From: an uncultured Candidatus Saccharibacteria bacterium
GTDB taxonomy: Bacteria > Patescibacteriota > Minisyncoccia > Phycocordibacterales > Phycocordibacteraceae
DNA length: 64,000 nt
NCBI GenBank assembly: GCA_964357395.1
Contig: CAYHLC010000003.1
Span: 14,080-78,079 of the forward strand
Direction: 5' to 3'
The position numbers and the translations under genes were made by a program. Within the stretch, counting starts at the first letter, position 1, and each line of letters begins with the position of its first letter. This document shows positions 36,573-46,139 of the stretch, one piece after another. The notes beneath the pieces are model-generated. The model saw nothing but the letters and a program-made list of their open reading frames with translations, ran no database searches and was not told the DNA's origin.

Positions 36573-37445
36573 GTGTTCGACATAGTTCCGCAGCTCATAG
36601 CAAACTCGGTGATCGCGGGGTCTATCTACGCCCTGGTGGCGATGAGCTTCTCCCTCATCTATGGCGCGACCAAGTTCTTCAACCTCGCGCACGGCGTACT
36701 CGCTGCTATCGGCGGCTACACCGTCTTCTATTTGGGGCGTAAGCTCGGCCTCCCGCTCGAGGTGGTGCTGCCTGCCGGTATCATCCTTGCCGCATTCGTC
36801 GGCTGGGCGCTCGAGTACTTCCTCTACCGGCCACTACGTGCGCGCAAGGCATCATCGATGGTGCTCCTTGTTGCGTCGCTCGGCGCCTTTACTGCTATCC
36901 AGGCGGTCATCGCTATACTCTTTACCTCACAATTCCAGACGCTCGGCGCGCTCATCCCGAACTCGGGCGTGGTGCACATCGGCGAGGCAGTAATGACCGA
37001 GGTGCAGGTAGTCATACTCGCGCTGTCGGTCGCGATACTCGTGGGGCTCATGCTCGCACTCAAGTTCACCAAGTTTGGCCGCGCGGTCCGCGCAGTCTCT
37101 GATGACGAGGAGGTAGCCAAGATCGTAGGCATCAACACCAGTCGGATAGTCGGGTGGGTATTCGTTGTCGGCTCGGCTATTGCTGGCGCTGCAGGCATCC
37201 TTGTTGGGTTCGATACCGGTCTCGAGCCAACCATGGGCCTCGCGCTACTCCTGAAGGGCGTTATCGCCGCTATCGTTGGCGGCGTCGGCTCTATCTCAGG
37301 CGCATTCCTCGGCGCATTCCTCCTCGGCTTTGCAGAGAACTTTGGTATCTGGCACATCAGCGGCGAGTGGAAGGACGCCATCGCCTTCGGCATACTCATC
37401 CTCTTCCTCCTCTTCCGCCCGCAAGGGATATTGGGCAGAAAGTAG
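36573..37445 (+). CDS. livH: branched-chain amino acid ABC transporter permease LivH-type
   Basis: IAGSIYALVAMSFSLIYGATKFFNLAHG matches the LivH N-terminal signature. 290 aa. Confidence 0.9.
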   Translation: MFDIVPQLIANSVIAGSIYALVAMSFSLIYGATKFFNLAHGVLAAIGGYTVFYLGRKLGLPLEVVLPAGIILAAFVGWALEYFLYRPLRARKASSMVLLVASLGAFTAIQAVIAILFTSQFQTLGALIPNSGVVHIGEAVMTEVQVVILALSVAILVGLMLALKFTKFGRAVRAVSDDEEVAKIVGINTSRIVGWVFVVGSAIAGAAGILVGFDTGLEPTMGLALLLKGVIAAIVGGVGSISGAFLGAFLLGFAENFGIWHISGEWKDAIAFGILILFLLFRPQGILGRK

Positions 37446-37490
37446 AAGTGGCTTGACGGCCGGAGGAGGGTCGATTATAATGGGATTAGT

Positions 37491-37718
37491 ATGGCACAAA
37501 AAATCATCAAGGTAGGCACTTCGGCCGCGGTTACTCTCTCTAAGAGTGCGCTCCAGAAGCTCGGCTACAAAATAGGCGATTATGTCGAGATTACCGTCGA
37601 TGCGGGGAAGCGCGCGTTTGTTGGTCGCGCAGCGAGCGTCGTCGAGAACGATACAGTCGACTGGGCCCGCGGGTTTATGAAAAAGTACGACAAGGCACTC
37701 AAGGCGCTCGCGAAGTAG
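37491..37718 (+). CDS. AbrB/MazE/SpoVT-family antitoxin
   Basis: KIIKVGTSAAVTLSKSALQKLGYKIGDYVEI is a swapped-hairpin beta-barrel motif. 75 aa. Its stop abuts the doc start. Confidence 0.65.
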   Translation: MAQKIIKVGTSAAVTLSKSALQKLGYKIGDYVEITVDAGKRAFVGRAASVVENDTVDWARGFMKKYDKALKALAK

Positions 37719-37719
37719 C

Positions 37720-38106
37720 ATGCGTTACCTGGCAGCAGAGGAAATACTAGTGCTCCACGCGCTCGTCATAGACGAGTACGGCGGGTCGCATGGTGTGCGT
37801 GAGACAGAGCTCTTGAAGTCTGCAGCTCACAAACCCCAAACAGCTTTTGGAGGGAAGGATCTGTACCCGGCTCTGTGGGACAAAGCGGCTGTTCTGTGCG
37901 AGGCGCTCGTAAACTATCACGTGTTTGTAGATGGCAACAAGCGTACCGCACTCATCGCAGCGGCCCGGTTCCTATTTTTGAATGGGTATGAGCTCACCGC
38001 AACTAATCTGCAGGCAGAGAGAGCTATCTACGACGTGGCAGAAAAAAAGGTAAACGCACCCAAGCTCGCTGCGTGGTTTAAGAAACATGCACGTAAGGTA
38101 AAATAG
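37720..38106 (+). CDS. doc: Doc (death-on-curing) Fic-family toxin
   Basis: HVFVDGNKRTA is the Fic/Doc HxFx(D/N)GNKR motif. 128 aa. Confidence 0.85.
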   Translation: MRYLAAEEILVLHALVIDEYGGSHGVRETELLKSAAHKPQTAFGGKDLYPALWDKAAVLCEALVNYHVFVDGNKRTALIAAARFLFLNGYELTATNLQAERAIYDVAEKKVNAPKLAAWFKKHARKVK

Positions 38107-38110
38107 GGCT

Positions 38111-38977
38111 GTGGAATACTTGGTTCACCTCGGCGTTCTGTTTTCGATCTTTGCGATACTCGCACTCTCGTTGCAGCTAGTGGTGGGGTATACGGGACTA
38201 CTATCCGTCACGCACGCCGCCTTCTACGGCATCGGTGCATATACTGCGGCGCTCCTGATCACCAACCACGGAGTCAATTTCTTCGTTGCTATTGTTGCTG
38301 CCGTACTGCTAACTGCCTTCTGCTCACTTCTTATAGGCCTGGTGCTTTCGAAGTTCCGTGGCGACTACTACGCCCTCGGCTCGCTCGGGTTTAACGTCAT
38401 CGTCTTCAGCATCTTCCTTAATTGGCAGTCGCTCACCCGCGGCCCACTCGGCATTCCGGGTATCGATAGGCCGGACATACTCGGCTTCCAGTTTTCAGAG
38501 AACATCGTGTTTCTCGCACTAGCACTCGTGTTCCTCGTACTCTGCTACGGACTATCCAAGTGGGTTACCGACTCATCGTTCGGCCGCGTACTGAAGGCGA
38601 TACGTGAGGACGAGGAGGCCGTCTCGGTGTTCGGATACCACACGCTCCTCTTTAAGCTCGCCATCTTCGTCTTCTCCGCCGGCATTGCCGCTATCGCGGG
38701 TGCGCTGTACGCCTCGTACATCACCTTTATCGACCCATCCTCGTTCACCATCAACGAGTCTATCTTTATGCTCGCCATCATTATCCTCGGGGGCCTGGGC
38801 TCCCTCCGCGGCGCAGTCATCGGCGCCTTGGTGCTCATCCTCCTCCCCGAGGCACTCCGCTTTGTTGGCTTCCCATCAGACATCGCAGCCCAGATGCGCC
38901 AAGTAATTTATGGTCTTATCCTCGTCGGCCTTATGCTGTACCGCCCGCAAGGCTTAGTAGGTGAGTACAAACTCTAA
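38111..38977 (+). CDS. livM: branched-chain amino acid ABC transporter permease LivM-type
   Basis: GYTGLLSVTHAAFYGIGAYTAALL matches the LivM signature. 288 aa. Confidence 0.9.
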   Translation: MEYLVHLGVLFSIFAILALSLQLVVGYTGLLSVTHAAFYGIGAYTAALLITNHGVNFFVAIVAAVLLTAFCSLLIGLVLSKFRGDYYALGSLGFNVIVFSIFLNWQSLTRGPLGIPGIDRPDILGFQFSENIVFLALALVFLVLCYGLSKWVTDSSFGRVLKAIREDEEAVSVFGYHTLLFKLAIFVFSAGIAAIAGALYASYITFIDPSSFTINESIFMLAIIILGGLGSLRGAVIGALVLILLPEALRFVGFPSDIAAQMRQVIYGLILVGLMLYRPQGLVGEYKL

Positions 38978-39753
38978 TCGTCTTTGACGATCAGGGTAGA
39001 GGACTTCCACACCATCTCGAACTGGGCACGGAGGAAGTCGGTGAAGTCGCGACTACGGATCACAAACCCATACGCCTCGCGCTTGGATGAGATGAACGCG
39101 GCAGTGTTACCTGCCAACCAGTAGCCCATGGGGAGTGTACCCAGCTCCTTTGGAGCCATACGCACCTCGCGTATCGAGTCTGGCCCATCGAGGCGATTAT
39201 ACTTCTTGTTCAACTCATCCAGCTTGTCAGTGTAGGCCCATATGCCTCGGGCCTGCACCTTGTTCCGCACGCGTTTCTCATTAATCTCGTTCATCTCCTC
39301 GCTCCCCAAGAGTCCAACGACATCCTCGATAGACCAAAAAACGATACTTTCGCTCTCTCCCGAGTACACAATCTGGTTCAGTGCCTGACGCACGCCCTCT
39401 TTGCCTGAGTAGAACTTGAACTTGGGGTCAATGGACTCGACGTTGGTCATGAGAGATGGCAGCGCTGCTGCAACCTTGGCACGTTCCTCCGCCAGTGCAG
39501 CAACCTTATCGTCCAAGAGGCGAGTTATCTGCTGTGGATCGTCCACTTGGTACAGGTTCTTCGCCTCATGGAACTGCTCTATTACTAGACCCTTGTTTAT
39601 CAGGGCCTTCAGGTAGTCATAGGTAGTAGGGCGGTTGATGCCCAGGCGCTCGGCCAACTGCTTGGCGGACGAGGCCCCATGCTCAAGAAGAGAGGTATAC
39701 ACCGCCAAGTGGTTGTCATTAAGGCCCAGTTCCGCGAAGGCTTTCTGAAGCAT
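38974..39753 (-). CDS. TrmB-family transcriptional regulator (paralogue 4)
   Basis: LGLNDNHLAVYTSLLEHGASSAKQLAERLGINRPTTYDYLKALINKGLV. Divergent from the SBP gene at 39834. Confidence 0.7.
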   Translation of the reverse strand: MLQKAFAELGLNDNHLAVYTSLLEHGASSAKQLAERLGINRPTTYDYLKALINKGLVIEQFHEAKNLYQVDDPQQITRLLDDKVAALAEERAKVAAALPSLMTNVESIDPKFKFYSGKEGVRQALNQIVYSGESESIVFWSIEDVVGLLGSEEMNEINEKRVRNKVQARGIWAYTDKLDELNKKYNRLDGPDSIREVRMAPKELGTLPMGYWLAGNTAAFISSKREAYGFVIRSRDFTDFLRAQFEMVWKSSTLIVKDD

Positions 39754-39777
39754 GGCTCTAAGTATAGCTCATAAGTT

Positions 39778-39791
39778 GTCGAAGTATCGAC
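39778..39791. promoter_or_regulatory. dyad GTCGA-agta-TCGAC in TrmB4/SBP3 divergent region
   Basis: Perfect 5-bp arms with a 4-nt spacer. A -10-like TACAAT lies about 16 nt downstream. Confidence 0.35.
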
Positions 39792-39833
39792 GATAGAATG
39801 ACAATACAATGATACAGGTGTAAAGTCAAGCAT

Positions 39834-40967
39834 ATGAAAAGCACATATGTACTTGGCGCCCTAGGCCTACTTCTGGTTGTAGGAGCCTTGCTTATAGGAG
39901 ATAAGGTGGGGACCGTAGCTGGAGTGGCTACAGGCGAGCCGATTAAGGTTGGAGTCTCGACCATCCTCACTGGCGACTTTGCCGCACTCGGCGAGAACAT
40001 AGTTAACACTGCAGAGCTTGCAGTCGATGAGGTGAACGCAAATGGTGGTATCAATGGCCGCCCGCTCGAGCTCTACGTGCAGGACGCGGGCCTCGATAGC
40101 AAGACAGGGCTCTCGGCCGCGCAGAAGTTGGTGAACGTGGACGGCGTCCACTACATCATTGGCGGCACGTCGAGCAACGGCACACTTGCAGCTGCACCAC
40201 TCGTCAACGAGAAGAAAGTGATCTACATGACCCCCGTTACTGGCGGCAAGAATGTTGATGAGGCAGGTGAGTATGTGTTCCGTGTAGCGAACGGCGACAT
40301 GCTCGCTGGTCGCGACCTAGCAAACGCAGCAATGGAACTAGGATTCAAGAAGGTGGCACTCGTGACTGAGGTAACTGAATACACGATCGATATACAAAAG
40401 AGCTTCGCGGCTACCTACAAGGGAGAGTTGGCAGTCAACGAGGAGTTCCAGCCTGGCACTACCGACTTCCGCGCACTCGTTGCAAAGACTAAGGCGGCCA
40501 CACCCGACGTTATTGTTGTTCTGTCGCAAACAGGAATCGCAGGCGCGCACTTTATCAAGCAGTCTCAGGATGCTGGTCTCGGCGTTCCAGTCTTTACCGA
40601 CTTTACCTTTGTTGCGAACACCGCAGCGCGCGACATTGTAGGCTCGTTTGAGGGAGTGTACTTTACTGACCCTGCGTTCGCTGCTGACGGCGCCGCAACC
40701 AAAGAAATGTTTGCGCGCTACGAGGAGCGCTTTGGTAGCCAGCCGTTTATTGGCTTCCACGCTGCATCGACCTATGACTCAGTCATGATGCTCGCGGATG
40801 CGCTCCGTGAGGTCGGCGACGATAGCGAGGCGGTACACGACTGGCTGCTAGGCGTGGAGGATCGCAAAGGGCTTATGGGCACCTTCTCTCTCGATGCGAA
40901 TGGAAACTCTGATCTCGGCTTTATCTTCAAGCAGGTCAGAGACGGAAAGTTTGTTACAGTGGAGTAG
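39834..40967 (+). CDS. LivJ-type substrate-binding protein, signal-anchored (paralogue 3)
   Basis: PIKVGVSTILTGDFAALGENIVNTAELAVDEVNANGGINGRPLELYVQD. 377 aa. Confidence 0.85.
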   Translation: MKSTYVLGALGLLLVVGALLIGDKVGTVAGVATGEPIKVGVSTILTGDFAALGENIVNTAELAVDEVNANGGINGRPLELYVQDAGLDSKTGLSAAQKLVNVDGVHYIIGGTSSNGTLAAAPLVNEKKVIYMTPVTGGKNVDEAGEYVFRVANGDMLAGRDLANAAMELGFKKVALVTEVTEYTIDIQKSFAATYKGELAVNEEFQPGTTDFRALVAKTKAATPDVIVVLSQTGIAGAHFIKQSQDAGLGVPVFTDFTFVANTAARDIVGSFEGVYFTDPAFAADGAATKEMFARYEERFGSQPFIGFHAASTYDSVMMLADALREVGDDSEAVHDWLLGVEDRKGLMGTFSLDANGNSDLGFIFKQVRDGKFVTVE

Positions 40968-41704
40968 TGAACAGCGCACTCGAGACCAAGGGATTAGTTA
41001 AGACGTTCGGTGGGGTGCACGCTGTCGACCATCTATCGATACAGATTAAGAAGGGAGACATCACCGGCATCATCGGACCGAACGGCAGCGGCAAGACGAC
41101 ACTGACCAACGTACTTACAGGCGTGTTGCAGACAGATGGCGGAGCAATAGTTGTTGGTGGCGAGGCGGAGCGTGGACGATTGCGGAGCTACCAAGTCCGC
41201 GATCTAGGAATCACTCGCACATTCCAAAACGTAAGGCTCTTCGAGCAGGTGCCAGTCATTGATAACGTCCTGGTCGCGCTCACCAAGCGCACCGTCCTAG
41301 GCTCCTTGTTCCAAACCCACACCAAGTTCCACGAGGAGCGTGCGAAGGAGGTGCTGGAGCGAGTCGGATTGTGGGACAAAAGAAATGCGTTAGCAAAGGA
41401 GTTGTCGTACGGGCAGCGGAAGTTGTTGGAGATCGCACGCGCGCTCGCAACGGATGCGGATATCATACTGTTCGACGAACCGTTCGCTGGGCTATTCCCA
41501 GAGATGGTTAAGACGGTGAGTGGGATACTCAAGGAATTACGCGCAGGCGATAAGACAGTGATACTCATCGAGCACGATATGGCGCTCATACGCGAGCTCT
41601 GCGATCGAGTCATTGTGCTGGAGGCCGGCAAGCTCCTTGCCGAGGGCAAGCCGGAAGAAGTGCTGAAAGATCCAAAGGTTATCGAAGCCTACCTCGGCGC
41701 CTAG
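40967..41704 (+). CDS. livG: branched-chain amino acid ABC transporter ATP-binding protein LivG-type
   Basis: LETKGLVKTFGGVHAVDHLSIQIKKGDITGIIGPNGSGKTT Walker A. LSYGQRKLLEIARAL signature. 245 aa. Confidence 0.9.
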   Translation: MNSALETKGLVKTFGGVHAVDHLSIQIKKGDITGIIGPNGSGKTTLTNVLTGVLQTDGGAIVVGGEAERGRLRSYQVRDLGITRTFQNVRLFEQVPVIDNVLVALTKRTVLGSLFQTHTKFHEERAKEVLERVGLWDKRNALAKELSYGQRKLLEIARALATDADIILFDEPFAGLFPEMVKTVSGILKELRAGDKTVILIEHDMALIRELCDRVIVLEAGKLLAEGKPEEVLKDPKVIEAYLGA

Positions 41705-41729
41705 ACACCGTCGACCCGCGTGGTACTTT

Positions 41730-42851
41730 GTGGGCATGAATAAACTCTGGTGGACAGTTGGTGCCGTCGTCGTTATCGGACTCGCGTGGTGGGGCTACTC
41801 GGCAACGCAAACAATACCAGCAGAGACTGGACCCATTAAGATTGGGCTGATCTCGCCGATGACTGGCGAGGCAGCAACATTTGGTGACGCGTGGGCGGGA
41901 GGCGCAGAGCTCGCGGTTAAGGAGATAAACGCAGCGGGTGGCATCGACGGACGCCAGCTCGAGCTGGTGACCGAAGACGACCGCTGTGTTGCGCAGACCG
42001 GGCCATCTATCTTTAGCAAACTTATTGATATCGATAAGGTGGTGGCGATTGTTGGTCCACTCTGTTCTACATCGGCTGGCGCAGGTCTTCCGATTGCTGA
42101 AGAGGGTAGGATTCCAACCATCATTGGAGCGTCTGCTCCATCCTTGACGCACGATCGAGCTTTTGTGTTCCGCAACTATCCATCAGACTCTTCGCAGGCA
42201 ATCTATGCTGCGCACTATCTCAATGAGACGCTAGGCAAGAAGTCCGTTGCAGTCGTGTACGTCAATAACGATTGGGGTATCGAACTCAATCGAGTGTTTG
42301 TTGATGAGTTTAAAAAGCTCGGTGGTGAGATTCTGGTTGATGAGGGGACTCCTCAAGATGTAACCGATATGCGAACAGTGATAGCCAAGGTTCGGGGCTC
42401 TGTGCCGGATGCGGTGTATCTCGCGCTCTACCCACAAGGCGGAGTTGTTGCACTGAAAGCCATACGCCAGGTTGATCTGAATGTCCCGCTCATCGGAACT
42501 GATCTCTTTAGCACTGGCGAGATCTTTGATGTTGCTGATGCGGAGGGAGTACTCTTTACCATCCCGAACACGAATGCACGTGACGAGTTTGTCGGTCGAG
42601 TTAAGAGCGAGACAGGTAGAGAGGGTAACGAGGTGTCGGGCTTTGCGTATGATGCGGTCAGGATCCTTGCTGCGGCATTTGCCGAGGTAGGTACTGAGGC
42701 AGAAGCAGTGAGGGCATACCTAGAGGACCTGAACTTTACTGACTCGGTAGCACTCCCATCTGTCACATTTGACGCTGAGGGCGACCTTGAGTCCGACGCT
42801 TCGTGGACAATGCGGGTAGTCAAGGACGGTGCTCCGGTTGACGTACAATAG
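41730..42851 (+). CDS. LivJ-type substrate-binding protein, signal-anchored (paralogue 4)
   Basis: PIKIGLISPMTGEAATFGDAWAGGAELAVKEINAAGGIDGRQLELVTEDDRC. 373 aa. Confidence 0.85.
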   Translation: MGMNKLWWTVGAVVVIGLAWWGYSATQTIPAETGPIKIGLISPMTGEAATFGDAWAGGAELAVKEINAAGGIDGRQLELVTEDDRCVAQTGPSIFSKLIDIDKVVAIVGPLCSTSAGAGLPIAEEGRIPTIIGASAPSLTHDRAFVFRNYPSDSSQAIYAAHYLNETLGKKSVAVVYVNNDWGIELNRVFVDEFKKLGGEILVDEGTPQDVTDMRTVIAKVRGSVPDAVYLALYPQGGVVALKAIRQVDLNVPLIGTDLFSTGEIFDVADAEGVLFTIPNTNARDEFVGRVKSETGREGNEVSGFAYDAVRILAAAFAEVGTEAEAVRAYLEDLNFTDSVALPSVTFDAEGDLESDASWTMRVVKDGAPVDVQ

Positions 42852-43587
42852 GTACGTGACTACTGAAACACTGCTGGAACTGAAGGACGTATGGGTGCAA
42901 TACGGTGGGGTGCACGCGCTCACCAGCGTTGATATCAAGCTCGACGAGGGCGAGGTGGTGGCGCTTATGGGACCGAACGGAGCGGGCAAGTCGACAGTAC
43001 TGAAGGCAATATTTGGATTGGCGCCCGTGCACTCGGGCACAACCTTGTGGCAAGGACAGGCATACACGCCGGTCAGCCACGAGGTGGTGGCGCGCGGAGT
43101 CAGCTTCGTCCCGCAAGGCCGACGCGTGTTTACAGATTTAACAGTGGAGGAGAACCTGGAGGTCGGCGGCTACACCAATACGAACGTAGCGCTCACCAAG
43201 GAGCGCATCAAAGATTTGTTCGACTTGTTCCCGGCGCTCAAAGCTAAGAGGCGAGCGAAGAGCGGTACGCTATCCGGCGGACAGCAGCAGATGCTCGCGA
43301 TCGCGCGCGGGATGATGACTGATCCAAAAGTACTACTCCTCGACGAGCCTTCCTTGGGTCTCGCACCAAAGGTGGTCAAGGAGGTGTTCGAGTTTATCAA
43401 GGAGATAAATGAGAAGCTGAAGATCGCCGTCATGGTGGTGGAGCACAACATCAAGTCCCTACTCGATATTGCAAGCAGAGGCTACATATTAGACAAAGGC
43501 AGGGTGGTCGTCAGTGGCTCCCCGCACGAGCTCATCTCCAAAGGCACGCTGGAAAAGGTATTCACCGGCCAGACACTCCATGGCTAA
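42829..43587 (+). CDS. livF: branched-chain amino acid ABC transporter ATP-binding protein LivF-type
   Basis: LELKDVWVQYGGVHALTSVDIKLDEGEVVALMGPNGAGKST. LSGGQQQMLAIARGMM. 252 aa. Confidence 0.9.
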   Translation: MLRLTYNRYVTTETLLELKDVWVQYGGVHALTSVDIKLDEGEVVALMGPNGAGKSTVLKAIFGLAPVHSGTTLWQGQAYTPVSHEVVARGVSFVPQGRRVFTDLTVEENLEVGGYTNTNVALTKERIKDLFDLFPALKAKRRAKSGTLSGGQQQMLAIARGMMTDPKVLLLDEPSLGLAPKVVKEVFEFIKEINEKLKIAVMVVEHNIKSLLDIASRGYILDKGRVVVSGSPHELISKGTLEKVFTGQTLHG

Positions 43588-44071
43588 CTATCATATCGGG
43601 GGACTGTCAGGAACGGGGAAGACGACTTTGTGCAAGGAGTTTGAGCGGCGTGGATACTGCGCTATCGAGGCTGATGAGCACTTGGCAGCGTTCATAGATC
43701 CAGCTACTGGAGAGGAAACAACTGATAAGTCGACACTTAACTGGATGTGGGTCAAAAGTAAGGTTGAAGAGCTACTTGGTGGCGCGTCAGACCAGCCTAC
43801 ATTTGTGTGTGGCGGGTCGATGAACCAGCTCGATTTCAAGCACCATTTCAAAAAGATGTTTACGCTGTACCTCGATGATGAGACACTGCGCCACAGGATC
43901 ATGACGCGTACCAACAATGATGCGGGCAAGGACCCAGCGGGACTTGCGCTACAACTCGAGTGGAACAAGGGCACGTTCGAGTACGCCAAGGAGAAGGGCA
44001 CCATCCTCATCGACGCGTCTCAGCCGATTGGAGCTGTAGCTGATGAAATCCTAAAGCACGCCGAGGAGTAG
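43580..44071 (+). CDS. small P-loop NTPase / predicted kinase
   Basis: Walker A GGLSGTGKTT near the N-terminus. Start at MANYH inside track ORF 43514-44071, which overlaps the livF stop by 8 nt. Confidence 0.5.
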   Translation: MANYHIGGLSGTGKTTLCKEFERRGYCAIEADEHLAAFIDPATGEETTDKSTLNWMWVKSKVEELLGGASDQPTFVCGGSMNQLDFKHHFKKMFTLYLDDETLRHRIMTRTNNDAGKDPAGLALQLEWNKGTFEYAKEKGTILIDASQPIGAVADEILKHAEE

Positions 44072-44082
44072 TCTTTCAGAAA

Positions 44083-45159
44083 CTATTTAGCATCCACGAA
44101 CTTGCCATCGACAAACTGGTGGAGCACGACCTGCGCGCTGCGCGTGCCAGCAGCGTTGAAGGATACATCGGCCGAGGCGCCTGCGATGGAGTAGTCATCA
44201 TTTAGCTCCGCCACCCACTCTGACTTATCGATACTCGCAAGGTCGGCAATGATAGCAACTGCATCATACGCATAGTCGGCAGTGAGGAATGGGTCAGCGT
44301 TGAACTTCGCCTTGAACCTACTCACGAAGTCGCCAGTCATGGTGTTTGGAAGCGTAGTCGAGATGCAGTCATCGAAGATCTCTGCGCCCACCTCGTCGAT
44401 GTACTGCTGGATAGAGAACTCGAGATTACCATCGCAAATCACTTGGACGCTTCCTGATGCGTCGAGGCGCTGCAGCTCCTTCAGATACTTAACCCCATCC
44501 TCCAAGGGGAGGAAGACGGTTGCAGCGTCGGGCTTTGCCGCCACAAGCTTCGCGACCTCGGTACGGAAGTCGGAGTCGGGTGCGAGCGCGACAGTGATAG
44601 TCTCCGCCTTGTCACCGACACCCTTCACAAAGTCATCGTGCCACTTCTGCCACAGCGACCCGCCGGCGCCATACACAACTGCTATCTTTTTGTATCGCTT
44701 CGCAGCCTCCTCGCCAAGCTTTGGTGCGATGAGGTCGCTCGCAGGCATGAGCTGGAACACGGTGTCGCTTTCGTGGAACAACGACTCGCCGAGCGTGAGC
44801 ATCAGCATCTGATCTTTAGCAACAACCGGGCGCAGTACCTCGATGACAGGTGCGCTAACGGTCACCACTGCGTCGACATTGTCTACACTCTTTAGCTTTT
44901 GATACGCGGTGAGTCCTGTCTTGGCCTCGTACTTGTCATCCTCGAATATCAGCCGCACCTCTTGCCCTTCGCCGAGCAAGTCCTCGGCAGCAAGCTGCAT
45001 GGCGTTCCTCTCTGACTCACCAAGGAAGGCGTACTGCCCCGAGAGTGGAGCGATAACGCCAATAGTAATAGGCCCAGCCGTAGCAGGGGAGTTAGTAAGT
45101 GCGTACACGCCGAGTGCGAGAGCCGCGAGGAGCGCCGCACCTATTGTTAGGTTCTTCAT
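44083..45159 (-). CDS. LivJ-type substrate-binding protein, signal-anchored (paralogue 5)
   Basis: MKNLTIGAALLAALALGVYAL...PITIGVIAPLSGQYAFLGESERNAMQLAAEDL. The 75 upstream codons of track ORF 44083-45384 are R/C-rich and are not taken as coding. Confidence 0.8.
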   Translation of the reverse strand: MKNLTIGAALLAALALGVYALTNSPATAGPITIGVIAPLSGQYAFLGESERNAMQLAAEDLLGEGQEVRLIFEDDKYEAKTGLTAYQKLKSVDNVDAVVTVSAPVIEVLRPVVAKDQMLMLTLGESLFHESDTVFQLMPASDLIAPKLGEEAAKRYKKIAVVYGAGGSLWQKWHDDFVKGVGDKAETITVALAPDSDFRTEVAKLVAAKPDAATVFLPLEDGVKYLKELQRLDASGSVQVICDGNLEFSIQQYIDEVGAEIFDDCISTTLPNTMTGDFVSRFKAKFNADPFLTADYAYDAVAIIADLASIDKSEWVAELNDDYSIAGASADVSFNAAGTRSAQVVLHQFVDGKFVDAK

Positions 45160-45241
45160 CTCACAACTGTACGCGCGCAGGCCACAACGAGCACCAAATT
45201 CCACCCATCGCCACCCCGCCGCTACACTGAGCCACACCCTC

Positions 45242-45276
45242 CGGATACAATGTCGCAAAACGCGACATTGTATCCG
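45242..45276. promoter_or_regulatory. perfect 15-bp inverted repeat CGGATACAATGTCGC-aaaac-GCGACATTGTATCCG in SBP5/regulator divergent region
   Basis: Read directly. This is the largest palindrome in the window. Confidence 0.5.
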
Positions 45277-45326
45277 CTCTAGCGTATTGTTAGGGGTATG
45301 GCGATAAGGGGCTGCCAGGCAGAGGT

Positions 45327-46139
45327 ATGAAAGATGTAACCAAGCGAGCGCGGGTATTGGGGCTCTCGGAGCTCGAGTCGGCACTCATCGACACACTGAC
45401 TACCGAGCCGGTGGGCATTGCGCGATTGGCACGCGCACTCGGCCGGACGCACACCTCGCTCTATCGACCCTTGCAGGCACTGAAGCGCCGAGGGCTTGCG
45501 GAGGACAAGCTCTACTCGAACGGCACAAGGTGGTGGAAGGTGCCACAGGAGTCACTCGTCGCATCGCTCGGCTCGGTACTATTCAGCGGCATCGCATCAA
45601 ACGCAGCAAATGCGGGAGGTAAGGCGCTGCACCCCGAGTTCTTCCTCCACAGCGGTCGCGACGCGCTCGTTAAGATCTATTTTGATATTGCAGAGCAGAA
45701 GAACATTCGATTTGCTGGAATCCAGCCTAACAAGTCGATCGCTGCGGTGCTGGATGCGGTAACCCCAGAGGAGATACTCCACGTAAACACCAAGATAAGA
45801 GAAAACGGGATTATTGTTGAGGCGATACTGCAGGAAGATGTTGTTGCGTTTTATGCAGCGGAATTAAAGCGCCGTCGCTGGCCCGCAGATAAGATACTCA
45901 GCTCGTTCGGTGGTCGAGCTGCAGACACAACGTATGTGCCGAAGGAGTACATCAACTTCAGTTCCGAGATCCTCTTCCTCCCCAAGGTCGCTTACATACT
46001 GGACTGGGCCAACCTAACAGGTATCGAAATGCGTAGCGTAGAGGCGGTGGGCCTTATCCGCGACCTCTTTGCCCTCGCAAAAACGTTTGGCGCTAAGGTC
46101 GACCAAAACAAACTCATTCGGGAACGCCTCGCTACTTAA
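45327..46139 (+). CDS. winged-helix (TrmB/MarR-like) transcriptional regulator (paralogue 5, divergent)
   Basis: LGLSELESALIDTLTTEPVGIARLARALGRTHTSLYRPLQALKRRGL is a wHTH, followed by a C-terminal domain about 170 aa long. Confidence 0.55.
   Translation: MKDVTKRARVLGLSELESALIDTLTTEPVGIARLARALGRTHTSLYRPLQALKRRGLAEDKLYSNGTRWWKVPQESLVASLGSVLFSGIASNAANAGGKALHPEFFLHSGRDALVKIYFDIAEQKNIRFAGIQPNKSIAAVLDAVTPEEILHVNTKIRENGIIVEAILQEDVVAFYAAELKRRRWPADKILSSFGGRAADTTYVPKEYINFSSEILFLPKVAYILDWANLTGIEMRSVEAVGLIRDLFALAKTFGAKVDQNKLIRERLAT

Noticed and set aside
36824-37399. 191-aa minus ORF inside livH
   Set aside because: Antisense. Low complexity.
45160-45384. 75-codon N-terminal extension of the fifth SBP ORF
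   Set aside because: R/C/W-rich, contains the large palindrome, precedes the obvious signal-anchor Met. Treated as non-coding control region.
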